Shown here: positions 63,557 to 64,000 of the stretch, piece after piece
Position numbering within the stretch: the stretch's first letter is position 1
How the letters are laid out: the number at the start of each line of letters is the position of its first letter
Assembly (NCBI RefSeq): GCF_964355755.1
Contig: NC_092672.1
Coordinates: 4,588,001-4,652,000, forward strand
Length of the DNA: 64,000 bases
Reading direction: 5' to 3'
Origin: Antedon mediterranea
Lineage: Eukaryota; Animalia; Echinodermata
Position numbers and translations under genes: made by a program
Notes under the pieces: model-generated
What the model was told of the DNA's origin: nothing
Database searches by the model: none
The model's input: the letters and a program-made list of their open reading frames with translations, nothing else

Positions 63557-64000
63557 TTAAAATAAAATATTTCTGGGAAACATTGACATTTTGGGCTAAG
63601 CACAAGTTGTACGTGCCAGCCTAGTTTTAAGCCTGTTTTCCTGTCGACGTTGAAATACGTTGAGTTGCGTTGAGTTTAAAATCGTTAAAGTTGAAAATAA
63701 AATAGCGATGACGATGATCGAGTCGGACCGCGAATATTTACACATTTTTACGCGATCGTTCATAGTTTCTTGGTTCTCTAGAGCGTTGCTGGGACACGCG
63801 GACGTGAAGTGTTGCAAAACTAAGGCCGGCCACGCGCAGCCGGGACCGCGTGAAAATTGAAAAAGTTACGGGTTTTGATGCTTAAACCCAGCCTAGGACA
63901 TACTTTCGTTGATATCTTAATCTAGGCTTACACTAAAGACAAACATTACATTTAATTGGTTTAATATTATAATTTAATTTAACTTACACTTGTTTTTTTT

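Overview
AT-rich invertebrate animal genomic DNA (probably a non-vertebrate deuterostome such as an echinoderm; this is inference). The whole 64 kb lies inside one minus-strand gene, a RIMS-binding protein (RIM-BP; RIMBP2/TSPOAP1 family). Nine coiled-coil exons can be read with canonical AG/GT sites, all entered in phase 0; their joined translation follows the N-terminal coiled coil of vertebrate TSPOAP1/RIMBP2 as I recall it. The gene's 5' end and the SH3/FN3 exons are outside the window. The most notable signal is a set of candidate alternative first exons hidden in the introns. Three have an ATG and a phase-0 donor (an 820-aa disordered exon, a 217-aa MGN-starting Cys-rich exon, a 16-aa basic/aromatic exon). 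A probable non-coding exon would start translation at the Met equivalent to the human RIMBP2 start. There are also two candidate cassette exons. The introns contain many non-autonomous mobile elements: Harbinger, Kolobok, piggyBac, Tc1/mariner-type and hAT-like MITEs, a Helentron, CORE and Deu/Nin SINEs, a 5S rRNA-derived SINE, a Penelope-type minimal hammerhead motif and MITE-seeded minisatellites. No CRISPR array or prokaryotic system is present. All family assignments come from sequence features read by eye and recalled consensus motifs; no database search was run.
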